DNA of 63,983 nt, the filler included, from Trypethelium eluteriae (taxonomy: Eukaryota), in NCBI GenBank assembly GCA_051942245.1. It is 3 parts of 3 records of this genome, joined end to end, with 100 filler letters (N's around TTAATTAATTAA, not from the genome) between each part and the next. Parts side by side here need not be neighbours in the genome. Positions count along the whole stretch, not along the records: positions 44,119 to 63,983 come from JAVECL010000512.1; 2 more parts are not named here. One strand, written 5' to 3'. Shown piece after piece: positions 46,810 to 58,938 of the stretch (positions within the stretch are counted from its first letter, which is position 1; every line of letters begins with the position of its first letter). The notes beneath the pieces are model-generated. The model saw only the letters and a program-made list of their open reading frames with translations. It did not search any database and had not been told where the DNA came from. The translations under genes and the position numbers were made by a program.

Positions 46810-49236
46810 ATGGACTTGGAATCTTCGCTATCTGCAGCTGACAGTCCAGAAAGCTCTCGACGTGACAGAGCCGCAATAGCAGCCCAGGCTTGCGAGACAT
46901 GTCGCAGTCGAAAGTCTAAATGCGATGAGAAGCGTCCTCAATGTTCCCTTTGCCAGCGACTTAATGTCCCCTGCCATTATCGGGAGCCACAGCCTACCAA
47001 GTAAGTTCACCACCTTGGGAAATGGGCCGACTTTTGTGCGCACTCGTCACTAAAGAGGTACTCTAGGAAGGACAAAACACTAGTCGAAATTCTCGCCAGC
47101 CTACAAAGACTTGAGACCAAAGTCGACGCAATCAATCCGTCTCTGAATTCCACCCCATCCCTTTTCGCTGCTGGTACCTCCTCCACCGCTCAACCGCGAA
47201 CCCCACAGTCAGAGCATCAGAATAGCAGTGAGCTGGAGGCTCTTGCTCAATATGCGACTGAAAGGCCAGCAGAGCTTACCAGGCCATTGGGCTTTGTCAC
47301 AGCTGCACATAAGGTTCTCTTGTGGCCCAGTACGACCAAGATGTTGCTCGAAACAGGCAGTGAAGCTGCTCTGGATATCCAACACATTAAACGGGATGGC
47401 ACTCGCTGGTTCCATAAGCTGCAACTAGCTAAACATGCGCTCAGCTTGCCCGTCGACATATACTTGCACTCTACTCCAGTATCATCATCCTCATCATCAT
47501 CCAATACGGATCTCTCCCCAGAACGTGTTTGCTTTCCTTCCTTAACCGAGGATATTATCAGGAGATATGTCTTGCAATACTTCAATACGTATCATGTGTT
47601 ATATCCTTTGCTGGATGAAGATGGGTTCTGGAACGATCATCTGGTCCATGTGTTACGGTACGGCTTTGGCGATCGCGATTTTTCATCAACGTTGTGCCTG
47701 CTGGTGCTAGCTTTGGGCAAGGTCGCGGAGGTCGCTCACTTTGCTGAGCCCATAAGTCGTAGTCATGGTCGCCCGAGTGGCCTGCAGCTGGATGCGCCGG
47801 AGCATCCCCCTGGACTGGAAATATTCAATGAGGCCCTCAAACGGCTGGGCTTCGTCATCGCACAATGCTCCATCGAGAACATCCAAGCAACACTACTTAC
47901 AAGGTAAGTCATTTCCTAGCTGTTTAACTGAGTGTCTGAGGGTTTATACTAACTTCTGCATTTCTCAAAAGTATCTATTATGAGAGTTGTGGGCGCCACA
48001 TGGTATGTCAGACCGGCACTCAGTATGCAAATTGCACTGAATAATTTTCTAGGACTTCAGGCGTCTCTCAGTCCATGCATCGATGTCGTGTCAAGTCTAT
48101 ATCAGATGGTGTGCATTACGTTAGTTGAGATTCTCATCTGAACCCTAATGACTTGTTGTCAGTGCGCCGATTGACTGGAGCTCCCCCCACGGTGACCTGG
48201 TTCGACGCAACTACTGGACTTGCAACCTCATCGAGAAGTAGAGCAGTTCCACTCAGGCACTCATGGCCCTTTATGTCAAGATACTGATCAGTAGCTAGTT
48301 GGTACCATCTTGATCTGGATCTGCAACAGACGGGAATCAATGATTTCGAAGGAGAGGTCTCCTTACCCACATTTGAAGGATCAAAGGACAACACAAAGCA
48401 GAAGAATAGGAATGTTGAGGCTGAGCGTGCTTCGATTCAGCTACCGTTCTTGGCCATGATTGCCATGAGACAGCTGACCACAAGTGCTCACGCAGCTATC
48501 CATGACGGTAGATAACACGACCATTCCCTTTTGCATTTGGACTAGATTTAACAGTGCAATTACAGCAGCCACTTCCAGAGCAGAGTCCGCGGAACACTAC
48601 GGAGGACCACCAATTCATGTCATCGCGGAGTTGTCCCGACAACTAGAGAATTGGCGGGCCGTGCTCCCAAATGCCCTGCAATGGATAGACGAAGAGAGAA
48701 TGGTCATTTCGGGCTCCAGAGGGACCACACAGCCAGTGCTCTTTTCGTTCAATCCCCCAGCCGATGGGTCTCGTGTTAACTACAAGTACAACATAGATAT
48801 AGTCACAGCACAGCTTCGAGCACGATATTACTATGCCCGATTCATCATCTACCGGCCTTTTGTTTACAAGGCATTACATTATCCCTATTCCACAAGCGCA
48901 CAGGACGCAGAGGGTGTCGTAACATGCCTAGAGAGTGCCTTGAGCTGGCCGATCATCATGTATCCTCCCAAAGCTAAGAAGCGTTTAATACCATTCCTCT
49001 TTGCCTGGACTCAAAACATCATTGGTATTCTCCTGATTCTTCGCATGTCATTGGAAGACAATATGCTCGGCCGTATTAGCCGAAAGCGTATTCCGCAGGT
49101 GGCGGTAGAGGAGACGGTGAAGCTCATGCTCGACTGGATCCAGGACGTCAAGCAAGAGGATGGAGCGGCAGAATGGTGCTGGCAAATTGTACAGCCGCTG
49201 TACAAGGACCTCTTCCGAGAGGGGGAATTGAGCTGA
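46810..49236 (+). CDS. Zn(II)2Cys6 fungal transcription factor with middle homology region, multiple short introns
   Basis: ACETCRSRKSKCDEKRPQCSLCQRLNVPCHY; YFNTYHVLYPLLD; ELSRQLENWRAVLP; ARYYYARFIIYRPF. Confidence 0.9.
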
Positions 49237-50184
49237 CAGGACCCGGATTTCAACGTGATCTTCGAGGGATGATTGTATGCATCATGTGGTCCTTTCTGCA
49301 TTTCGGAATTGGCTACTCATGGTTGCGGAGTCGGATGGGATCAGGCTTTCCATGTCGACTCGAATTACCCGAGCTCCTCGGGCGTTTCCTCGCGCAATTG
49401 AGAAGGTTCTTTCGAGAAGTGGCCGCCTCAGATCAGATACCACAAGAGTTTGACTCCATTTTGCTGAGGTTGACAAGCTTGGAATCTTTTTCAATTGAGC
49501 CGGTGGCCACTATCATCATGTCGTCCCACGGGCACATACCATTGTCTTTCGGTTGACTTCATTATTGAGGCACAGCGACCAAGCATAGGATACACCATTT
49601 TGCATCAAAAATATGTAACTAGCTCTTAAAGAAATTCAGCCAGTCACTCAATTCTCCGTAGTGAAGACTCAGCGCCCATGAAGAACGGAACCTTCGCTGA
49701 GTCCCTATGACATACAATGTTTTACTGTATCCGATGTCCATTGCGACTTTGCATTAGCGCACTCCATCAAAAAATCCGATCAATCACTGCTTGGCAAGGA
49801 GAACAAAGCCGAGTGTCAACCGGAGCAAGGGCTCTCTTACAGCTCTGATCTTACTGCAGAGCCTTAAGAACACCTCGTTACTGAGTTCATCATCTCAACT
49901 CGATAATAGGGAAGACATTTGGACACACATTGGGACACAGTACCTAGGATGATGAGGGCAAAGCTAATGGGTAGAGTATCGCTTAGTAAGGTAGTTATCC
50001 TATGCCTTAATAGGCATAGCGCTGTAGCTACTAGTCGGCATCATCGACTTGAACATTTTCTCTCACTATTCGGCAGGGTGAGCCGTACCCCCGAATTGAG
50101 ACTCCGGATTGTAGAACACTCGAGCAAAGGTCGTTCTCGGGGTTCGATATCTCGCATTTCGTCGATGGAAGGCTCATTCGTGCC

Positions 50185-53100
50185 ATGCACCAAGTACCCT
50201 CTCCTGCCGCCCTTCGCATTCTCCGACAGCTCGCATATATCGGCTCTGGCACTGTCGCAGCCGTCGGTGTCCTTGTGGGTGAAGAAAGAAGACGAAGAAT
50301 CTGTACCGCGCAACGCATTCTTGACAATAAGAAGAAGCTTCAGTCTTGTGAGCGATGGGTCGGCAACAGGAATATAGGAACGGCGGCAGCAGCTGGACTG
50401 GCCGCACACGATTCAGACGATCCCGTGAATGGATTACCACAGGAATGGCAACACCACATACTTCAAGACCGACCTCGCCCTGAAAAAGGGCAAGGCACAG
50501 TTGAGGTGGACGCTTCGAGGGCGGACTTTCTACCTAGCCAGGTGGCGCGGAACTATGAGCGAGCTCATCGCCGAAAAGGAAGCACTACACCGCGTCACAC
50601 ATGGAAAGTTCAAACATCGCAAGAGACGCCGAAAACAAGGCACGGTGATGATCGGAAGCGCCCTAAATCAGTATCCAAGAGTATACCGGGATTGAAAGAA
50701 AAGCAGTCAGGTAGGTTATCGGATACACACACGCTCAGGCCTCAACTCCAATCTCAGCAAGACCAAACAGCGCAGCAAACAGGCTGGAGCCCGAAAGCTG
50801 TTGACTCGATACGTGGACTTTCTACAGAGACACAACCCTATCAATTCCCAGCATTTGAGCCAGCACGGCACGACTCATCGACTGAGCATACCGCTGAGCT
50901 CCACAATATCTCTGTAGATCCCGCGAGCAAGCATAGCGCAAGATCCAGTACAAGCGAAATCGAAATAGGTGGCATTGGCGCGTCTGGTCCAACTTCCAAT
51001 CTGCCTGACACCGATAGGAATCGGGAGGACTTTGGCCGGTCAGGTCAGGTCAACGTGGAAAATGACCTACTACGTAAGCCTGATCCTGGAGCTCTGGAAT
51101 CTCGGCAACTAGGCGACTGGTCTCCATTATATCCAATCGATGCTTTAGACAACAGCTTAACCCGAGCTAGCTCGGAGTTCGGAGAATGTGTTTCCGGCTC
51201 AAGCCATTCGGTTATGGCTGTACAAGATGCAAGTCAGAAAGACGATTCGGGGAACCCTCTTCGCTTGTCGTCCTTATCGGTTGATGAGAGTCCCTCCCAT
51301 GAAATGTTGACGCCAATCGAGGACCAGGAGCCTTCAAAAGTTTCAACAAGCGGCCCGAGGGCTGAAAAGGTTCCTGTGGTCCCAGCGAGTCTCACAACCA
51401 CATTTGGGGATTTAGTTTCCTTTGAAGCTATCAAGGAAGACAACGTCCAGCTTCTAAGAAAATTATCAGCGTCCAAAACACCACCAGGTGGCGACGATGC
51501 AATAGATCGATTGCTCCAGCAGACTGAGGACGGCACGTTTGGAGTTGAACGTCTGTCACTACTTTTGAACGATCGAAAGGCCTATAACCAGGCCTACCAT
51601 GAAATAAGAAGGCTTCCCGAGGCTCAAACGAAACTGCACATAAACGCCAGCTTTCCATCCGGAATCGGCCAGCTTGCAACTTGGCAGCTCAGAGATCTAA
51701 TTATGACGAAGAAAATTGCGTATCACCTGGCCTATAAAGTTTGCAGTCGACTCATGAAGCTGCATCGCTACCAAGAGGCCATCAGTCTGTTTGTACAGGT
51801 CTTTGGAGGATGCATGAGAGGCTCAATCAACGACGCAAATCTACCCGACTTACCAATGCGTCTGCCCGCAAGGTGGAAAAGTCGTGGCCTCCTTCTCCGG
51901 ATATTTGCGGCATCTTTGAACAGGGCTGACTGGTCGTCGGTCCAGACTCTGTTCAATCTAGCTGCTTCATCACACAGTCAAGGCGCTGCGCTGGAAGTCA
52001 TCCAATCGCGTGTGCGTGATCTATGTGCGAAGAGCCGGCATGTGGAGGCAGCCAAGATCTTGTGGCTTGTGCCAGAGATGCGCTACACAGACGCGGCATT
52101 ACTGGAACGGTCTATGGAGATTACGTCGGAAGTTCTACACAGTGCACTCGCCGCAGGCGATCTGCTGGTGGCTTTTAAAACGTTCGAATGGACAGAAGGG
52201 CAAGGCTTTCCGGACAAAGCAGGGCGCCTAGAACCGATCATTCGTGCCTGTCTCGAATATAGCCCTAATTCAAATGCTTCGGCAGCAGACGCGCCCCCTG
52301 AGAAGCAAGGAGAAGTCCTCTCTAAGACACATCCCATCCTCTTCGCTGTGTCGATGACGCGTGGACTTCCTCAAACGGCTATTGCATTGGCACGATATGT
52401 CGTACATTCGAACGCTGAGTGGAACAATGACAAGGATCTCGTTCTTGCTTGCAATGCCGTCATGAGGCGGGTATGGAGGGAGACGTCGAACTTCTGGCTG
52501 CTTCATGGACTGTACGAAGATATGTATCTTTCTACAAAGACTCGTGGTAACCTACCCGTGAGTATATACAATTGCTGGTTGACGATTTGCTACAAAGCCG
52601 GGCATGGTGATGAGGCACAGCGGTGCTTACAGGACCTGCAATCTGCCGGGGGCCCTGGGGCAGATATCTCGAGTTTTGGTGAGATCATGTATGGCCATGC
52701 TATGGCTGGGAATTGGCCCGCAGTTGAGGCAATGCTCCTACGCCTTCATGAGACTGGACAGATGTCTATGTTTTCCCGTCGCTGCTACTTGACTTTCGGC
52801 AAGATCTTCCAAGGGTTCCTGAGGGAGTTTGGTGTTCAAAGAGGATGGTGCTTTATCACAAAAGTCATAGAAGAGTACGGAGTAGAGCCGAGCGTGCGGC
52901 TCTCGAACTTGTTTTTGGATCACTGCGTGCAAGAGCGGCAGTGGTCAATGCCCGTGACTTGGTTTCGATGGCTAAACGAACATGGATTTCAGCTTCGCAT
53001 TAACGCAATGAGCGTACTTCAGATGATGCGTCGTTTCCAGCTACACTTCCGGCCCGAGCGGAGCCAATTTGTGCACATGTGCCATACGCTGCGGCAAACT

Positions 53101-54336
53101 AGGAAAGGGCTTGTGACGCATCAGCTTTGGAGGAAAACCCTAGAGGCCGTGGCCTACGATGCTCGTAGGCGTGTCTGGCGTCTCGACTCCTCAAAAGACT
53201 CAAAAGACCCAATCGTTTGGAGATGGAAATCTCTCATTGAGCATCCGATGGCGAAGCTGGAACAGAACCTGAAAACACTGCCATCTGTTTGGCATGTTGC
53301 CCCAGATGAATTTGGACTGCCCGAAAGCGAGGCCAGCAAAGAGAATGATTTTCTGGATCTTCCGGACAACCTGTCGAGACACCGCTTCAGTTCTTCCCGG
53401 CTCGACCAACAAATGACTTCGGCCGTGTCTTTGCAGAAACCTGCTGAAGCCGTTCAGATGTTTCGGCAAAGCCTTTCTGCTGCAGGCTACAAGCACTCCA
53501 ACATCTCTTTGTCTATTGCTGTCGATGCCAGCCTCCGGGCAAATGAAGGCTTCCCTGGCCCAGCACACGAACTACTCCGCGAAGCCAAGGATGCAGGCCT
53601 TGACATCATAGCTGCGAAGAAACCTATTCTAATCCATCGACTGCGAATGCACAGATGGTACAACAGTAACTCGTCAATGAAGGAGATGGTCATCCGATTT
53701 TACCAATCCCTGGCCAATGCTGGTAAACATGACCAGCATCATTTGTGTGTATCGGCCGCTAAACACCTCATCTTTTGCGGAAAGGCTGAAGCTGGAGTCG
53801 AGCTCTTGAGCTTCATCTACAAATCACATTACGCAAAGCAAGTTCCAATGGACATTGTAGCTATGTCGGTTTTTGTGAAGGGCTATGCGGCGATCGGCCA
53901 CTTACAGGGTATCAAATGGGCTGTCAACAAGGTTCTCGAGGATGAGATGAGGATTGACACGAAGTTTTGTCAAGAGTTGTCAATGGCACGCAAGCCGCTA
54001 CGCGAACTCTCACAGAGTCCAGGATTGTCGCAAGACTCCCAAACTAAGGTGCATGAGGCATTGGACCAGCTCAAGGCATGGCAAGCTCAGTGTCTGAAAC
54101 GCCGAGATGAGCAAGAGATCAGGACAAAGACAGATGGCCGGACATTGGTCAAGATTATCCAGGAACTTTCAACTGATTTCGACGGTAATGACGACTTCAG
54201 CAAAGATTCTGAAGGATCAGGCGATAATGGCAAGATATGCGGGCTTCGAAGACCCACTAAAATAGCAAGGTACTTTCTGTATGAACCCGTCCGTCCGGAA
54301 CAAAAAGGATCCAAGCGCGGAGGAAGAACACATTGA
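50185..54336 (+). CDS. Large intronless protein, probably mitochondrial, with degenerate PPR-like helical repeats
   Basis: 1383-codon ORF; N-terminal VPSPAALRILRQLA plus a hydrophobic stretch; PPR-like units (IYNCWLTICYKAGHGDEAQRCL, DISSFGEIMYGHAMAGNW, DIVAMSVFVKGYAAIG). Confidence 0.7.
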   Translation: MHQVPSPAALRILRQLAYIGSGTVAAVGVLVGEERRRRICTAQRILDNKKKLQSCERWVGNRNIGTAAAAGLAAHDSDDPVNGLPQEWQHHILQDRPRPEKGQGTVEVDASRADFLPSQVARNYERAHRRKGSTTPRHTWKVQTSQETPKTRHGDDRKRPKSVSKSIPGLKEKQSGRLSDTHTLRPQLQSQQDQTAQQTGWSPKAVDSIRGLSTETQPYQFPAFEPARHDSSTEHTAELHNISVDPASKHSARSSTSEIEIGGIGASGPTSNLPDTDRNREDFGRSGQVNVENDLLRKPDPGALESRQLGDWSPLYPIDALDNSLTRASSEFGECVSGSSHSVMAVQDASQKDDSGNPLRLSSLSVDESPSHEMLTPIEDQEPSKVSTSGPRAEKVPVVPASLTTTFGDLVSFEAIKEDNVQLLRKLSASKTPPGGDDAIDRLLQQTEDGTFGVERLSLLLNDRKAYNQAYHEIRRLPEAQTKLHINASFPSGIGQLATWQLRDLIMTKKIAYHLAYKVCSRLMKLHRYQEAISLFVQVFGGCMRGSINDANLPDLPMRLPARWKSRGLLLRIFAASLNRADWSSVQTLFNLAASSHSQGAALEVIQSRVRDLCAKSRHVEAAKILWLVPEMRYTDAALLERSMEITSEVLHSALAAGDLLVAFKTFEWTEGQGFPDKAGRLEPIIRACLEYSPNSNASAADAPPEKQGEVLSKTHPILFAVSMTRGLPQTAIALARYVVHSNAEWNNDKDLVLACNAVMRRVWRETSNFWLLHGLYEDMYLSTKTRGNLPVSIYNCWLTICYKAGHGDEAQRCLQDLQSAGGPGADISSFGEIMYGHAMAGNWPAVEAMLLRLHETGQMSMFSRRCYLTFGKIFQGFLREFGVQRGWCFITKVIEEYGVEPSVRLSNLFLDHCVQERQWSMPVTWFRWLNEHGFQLRINAMSVLQMMRRFQLHFRPERSQFVHMCHTLRQTRKGLVTHQLWRKTLEAVAYDARRRVWRLDSSKDSKDPIVWRWKSLIEHPMAKLEQNLKTLPSVWHVAPDEFGLPESEASKENDFLDLPDNLSRHRFSSSRLDQQMTSAVSLQKPAEAVQMFRQSLSAAGYKHSNISLSIAVDASLRANEGFPGPAHELLREAKDAGLDIIAAKKPILIHRLRMHRWYNSNSSMKEMVIRFYQSLANAGKHDQHHLCVSAAKHLIFCGKAEAGVELLSFIYKSHYAKQVPMDIVAMSVFVKGYAAIGHLQGIKWAVNKVLEDEMRIDTKFCQELSMARKPLRELSQSPGLSQDSQTKVHEALDQLKAWQAQCLKRRDEQEIRTKTDGRTLVKIIQELSTDFDGNDDFSKDSEGSGDNGKICGLRRPTKIARYFLYEPVRPEQKGSKRGGRTH

Positions 54337-55049
54337 TGTGCATGTCCTTGAAAACGGGACTGCAGCGAGTATTGCCAAGTCCGAGGTTCCATCAAAGCGA
54401 GCATGGTGCTTCTTCTCTTCCTGAGTCTGTCTGTCCAGGGGAGGTATGTGCATACTTGAGCAAAGAGATGACTGAGATACCCACGTAAAGTTTTTATTGC
54501 ATATAGTGTACTACATAGCAACCAAAGCATTGAAATATATTCGGATACCATGCATCCATACCTCCATAGGTTCCCAACAGATTGGGAGCATTTTTCTTCT
54601 GCTTGTAGGAAATCTATGAGATTAGGAGATAAGATCCATCGTCCTCTCTCAACACTTGTGAATGTGTTTTGCTGCTGCTAGCCGATTAATGGAATGCAGC
54701 CTTGTTCTTGGTAGAATGATATGCATCATGCTGACATATTGATTGTTTTGTATTAGTTGTACAGGCAATTTTCTGCATTATATTTACATATAATCTGAGT
54801 CTTTGAGGTTTGTGCAAGAATACCTCTTATATGTGGAGTACATGACCTAGGTAGCTACCCATCTCAATGCTCCCTGGTGCGGACAGAAAAAAACGCGTCG
54901 GCCAAAATTCTTGACGCGACTCCAACGTCTGCTCTACCGATTACAGGTAGAGTAGATCTCACTACCACCACCCCAACCCTCTCACCGCAATCCTTCTGCC
55001 TTACCATTTCTCTACCGCCTCTAAATCCCCTCGTATCATCTCACCGATC

Positions 55050-57001
55050 ATGTCCCTCTCAATACCCAGCGCCCCAAACAGCGGGCTCTTCAAGCAAGGC
55101 TACCAAAAGTCAGTCCATCCCTTCCGCACAACAACCTATCAAACCCCCCTTACTAACCCTGCCTTCCCTCCCCGCAGCCATGATGCAGAAGACGGCGCCG
55201 TCCTCCGCAACATCGACGCCTGCCGCACCATCGCCTCGACGGTCAGCACCTCGCTCGGCCCCTACGGCCGCAACAAGATCGTCATCAACCACCTGCAGAA
55301 GCTGATCCTGACGTCGGACGCGGCGACCATCCTGCGCGAGCTCGAGGTCGTGCACCCGGCGGCCAAGCTGCTCGTCATGGCGTGTCAGCAGCAGGAGGCG
55401 GAGATGGGCGATGCGACGAACCTGGTCATGGTGTTGGCGGGGGAGCTGCTGAAGAAGGCGGAGGAGCTACTGCGGATGGGGCTTAAGACCAGTGATGTGG
55501 TGGGGGGGTATGAGAGGGCGGGGACGGTGGCGTTGAAGGCGTTGGAAGGTAAGTGGGTTTGCTTTTGGACATTTTCGCATGAGGGGCTACCTGATGGTTT
55601 TTGTGTGTCTTGAGTGGAGATGCGTTGCTTCGCCTTATTTTTTCCGGGAGCAGATTTTCTTTCGGCCTTAAACATGGAACGATACCATGAGTTACCTACC
55701 ACTGTCTAACCAGAAGACTCGAAAGCTAATGCACTACCACCGCAGACCTCGAAATCGACCGTGTCGACGACCTCCGCTCCCACGACGACCTCAGCAGAGC
55801 CCTCCGCACCGTCATCGCCTCGAAGCAGTCCGGCGCGGAAGACTTCCTCGCCTCCCTCGTCGCCGAAGCCGTCCTCGCCGTCCTCCCCAAGAACCCCGTC
55901 AACTTCAACATCGACAACATCCGCGTCGTCAAGATCATGGGCGGCTCGCTCCCGCAATCACGCGTCGTCAAGGGCATGGTCTTCGGGCGCGAGCCCGACG
56001 GCAGCGTCAAGAAGGCGAGCAGGGCGAAGGTCGGCGTCTACAGCTGCCCGATCGACATCAGTCAGACGGAGACGAAGGGGACGGTGCTGCTGCACAATGC
56101 GAAGGAGATGCTGGACTTTACGAAGGGCGAGGAGGCGCAGGTCGAGCAGATTGTCAAGGAGTTGCATGATTCGGGGCTGAGGGTCGTGGTGGCTGGCTCG
56201 ACGATTGGGGAGCTGGCGCTGCACTATCTCAACCGCTACGGCATCCTGGTCATCAAGGTGCTGTCGAAGTTTGAGCTCAGGCGACTGTGTCGGGTGGTGG
56301 GTGCGACGCCCCTAGCGAGGCTGGGTGCCCCGATGCCAGATGAGATGGGAAATGTGGATGTGGTGGAGACGCTGGAGATAGGTGGGGATCGGGTCACTGT
56401 GTTCAGACAGGAGAACGAGGCTACGAGAACCGCGACTCTGGTCCTTCGAGGTGCTACGCAGAACGCCCTGGACGATATTGAGCGCGCGGTCGACGATGGC
56501 GTCAATGTGGTGAAGGCCATCACGAAGGATGCGCGATTAGTTCCTGGGGCTGGTGCAGCAGAGATGCAAATCATAGAAAGAGTCTCACGTGTTGCTGAGC
56601 GGACACAAGGTCTAGCGCAGTATTCGATGAAGAAGTTCGCCGAAGCTTTCGAGGTCGTCCCTCGCGTGTTGGCAGAGAGTGCGGGTCTTGATGCTACGGC
56701 CGTGCTAGGGAGGCTGTATACTGCACATTCACATCAGACCACGCCGTCTTCAGGGAAGAAGGATAAAGAGCAGCAACCAGAAGTGTGTACCGTGGGGGTT
56801 GACGTCGAAAATGAGGACGGAACAGGGACGCTGGATGCGGAGGACGAAGGCATCTTGGATCTTATGGTGACTAAGAGCTGGGCAATCAAGCTGGCAGGTG
56901 AAGCAGCCAGGACAGTCTTGAGTGTAGATCAGATCATTGTTGCGAGGCAGGCTGGAGGACCAAAACCACCCGGCCCAAATCCAAATTGGGATGAAGATTG
57001 A
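55050..57001 (+). CDS. CCT8: Chaperonin CCT/TRiC theta subunit (introns about 55109-55177 and 55549-55745)
   Basis: MSLSIPSAPNSGLFKQGY...TSLGPYGRNKIVINHL..TSDAATILRELEVVHPAAK..EMGDATN; ETKGTVLLHNA; GGPKPPGPNPNWDED. Confidence 0.96.
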
Positions 57002-57615
57002 TTCGTTAGAGCTGTACACTAATATAGATACCTTAAACCAAGAGATAAAACATTGGAACTGTGAGCGTAGACTTTGTCGAAACGCGTAACTACGAAGTTG
57101 GGGAGGCGCAATAGGGAGATGGTCCTCATGTACTGTACTCTTTACCTTATGGTCCGCATGTAAGGCGGGATAAAACCTCTAATATTCAAAAATTTTCATG
57201 ATTTCATAAATGACGTTCGATCTTCAGGCTAAGTAACGAAACATCTACAGCCCAAAATCCACCTCAGATATTTTTAGCGGTCTCGGAATGTTTTTTTTCC
57301 TCTTTTCTTTTCTTTTTCCCCCCCTCAATTTCGTCCAAATTGATAGTGAGCCTACCAAGGCGGTCGTGCACTTGGAGTATGATATGTCCTTATATAAGTG
57401 CGGAGGAGGATCTTCCGCAGATTAAGGGGCGATATTCTACACGAACATGTGGCTGACACGGTATGGGCCGTTAGAGGACTAGGAACCATTCATGCTCCTC
57501 ACTTAACATGCTGTCCACATACAGCTCTGTTGTTCTTTTTTTAGGCAAGAATTCGACGGTATCATAAAACCATGAGACTCCATGGAGCCTTAACGTATCG
57601 ACAATTATTGGAAAT

Positions 57616-58938
57616 CTACATAGACTGCTCTTCAGCAGATTTTATTTCGATCTGACGTTCGACCCAGATCTGTGCCGTCCCATCATATTCTATGCTTGTT
57701 GTTCTATCTTCTTGACTGCCATTCTGCAAAGCGTCAAGGGATCCGGCTTGCGCGACATTAGCGAGGGGGATATTGTCTTTATCGATTTCGCGACTATGCG
57801 TGGCAGCGTGGTTAGGTTTACCGCCGCCATAGATCGTAGTCTTGAGACGGGTCTCGTCAAGAGGTGCAAAAGCATGGCTTCTGCGGTGGTAGACCGAGGT
57901 TCCACCTGAAGTGCGGCCTGAGTAGTCGAGTCCGTAAGGATATTCCTGGCCTTGATGACTCTTGTAGACTTTGAGCATTGCTGGCACGATGACTGGTAGG
58001 CACGCGCAGGTAATAGCGGTGACTTCGGTAGCCGCAGAAAGAGCCAGGAAGATTACCACACCATCTAGATCTTATCAGTCGAGAAAGAAAATGATTAGGA
58101 TGCCGAAGCAAGGCTTACAGCTGGGATCAACCTTGTCATCGGTGTCCGTAGTGAGCTCGATGATACGAGCCATGTCCAGAGCGCAGGCAATCACACCAAT
58201 AGAGAAGACACCGACGAGACCAAATTTAGTCTTTCGTGCCATCCGAAGCTGCGAGATGGTGACGAGAGGAAGGAGCAGGATAGCAACATCGGAGACAATA
58301 CCAAAGATCAGTGGGATAGCGACGTGGATGACGGTTGTTGCATTGCATTGTCCCTCTATTGAATAAGGTGGAGGAACGTGGTATCTGGAGTAGTACCGCA
58401 TGTAGTACCACTGAACCGGCCAGCATTGGAAGATATAGAAGCCAGAAGCACCGAAGAACCAGAGCAGGACATATATTACGTTTCCCCACCAAGCGACTTT
58501 CAGCCATTTCTGGTTCACAAGGAACAGGCGTCGGTAAAAGTAGAGGAGGGTAAGCTTGATGAATGTGAATGTCGGACCAGTGAGCACCATGACAATCCAG
58601 ACGTGTTTGAAGGCGTTAGAAAGGTTCCGTGGGTAATGGGGGTCTTCGGCAACGACACGCCAAGAATGAAGGCCGAGTCCATAGCGCGTTGCAGCCAAGA
58701 GATTACCGATTACCACGTCAACAAAGCCAGCAGAGAGAAGCATAAAAAGATCTTCAATGAAAATATGCCGGAACTTGAAGCCAGAGTGACGGTAGTGAAA
58801 GAAATAGTTGGCAACAAGACGACCCCCAGCTACAAGGTTGTTGAGAACGAGCAGAATCGACAGGCTCACGTAAAGAGATGGCCGGCGGTCATTGTCCCAA
58901 TGTGCTTCCTCGAATGGTGTCAGTGGAGGGAGGGTCAT
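57616..58938 (-). CDS. PTH11-like / fungal rhodopsin-domain integral membrane protein (no CFEM), one intron near 58120-58067
   Basis: EDLFMLLS, RYGLGLHSW, FIKLTLLYFYRRLF, IFQCWPV, DVAILLLPL..ISQLRM..K, EVTAITCACLP. Confidence 0.85.
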
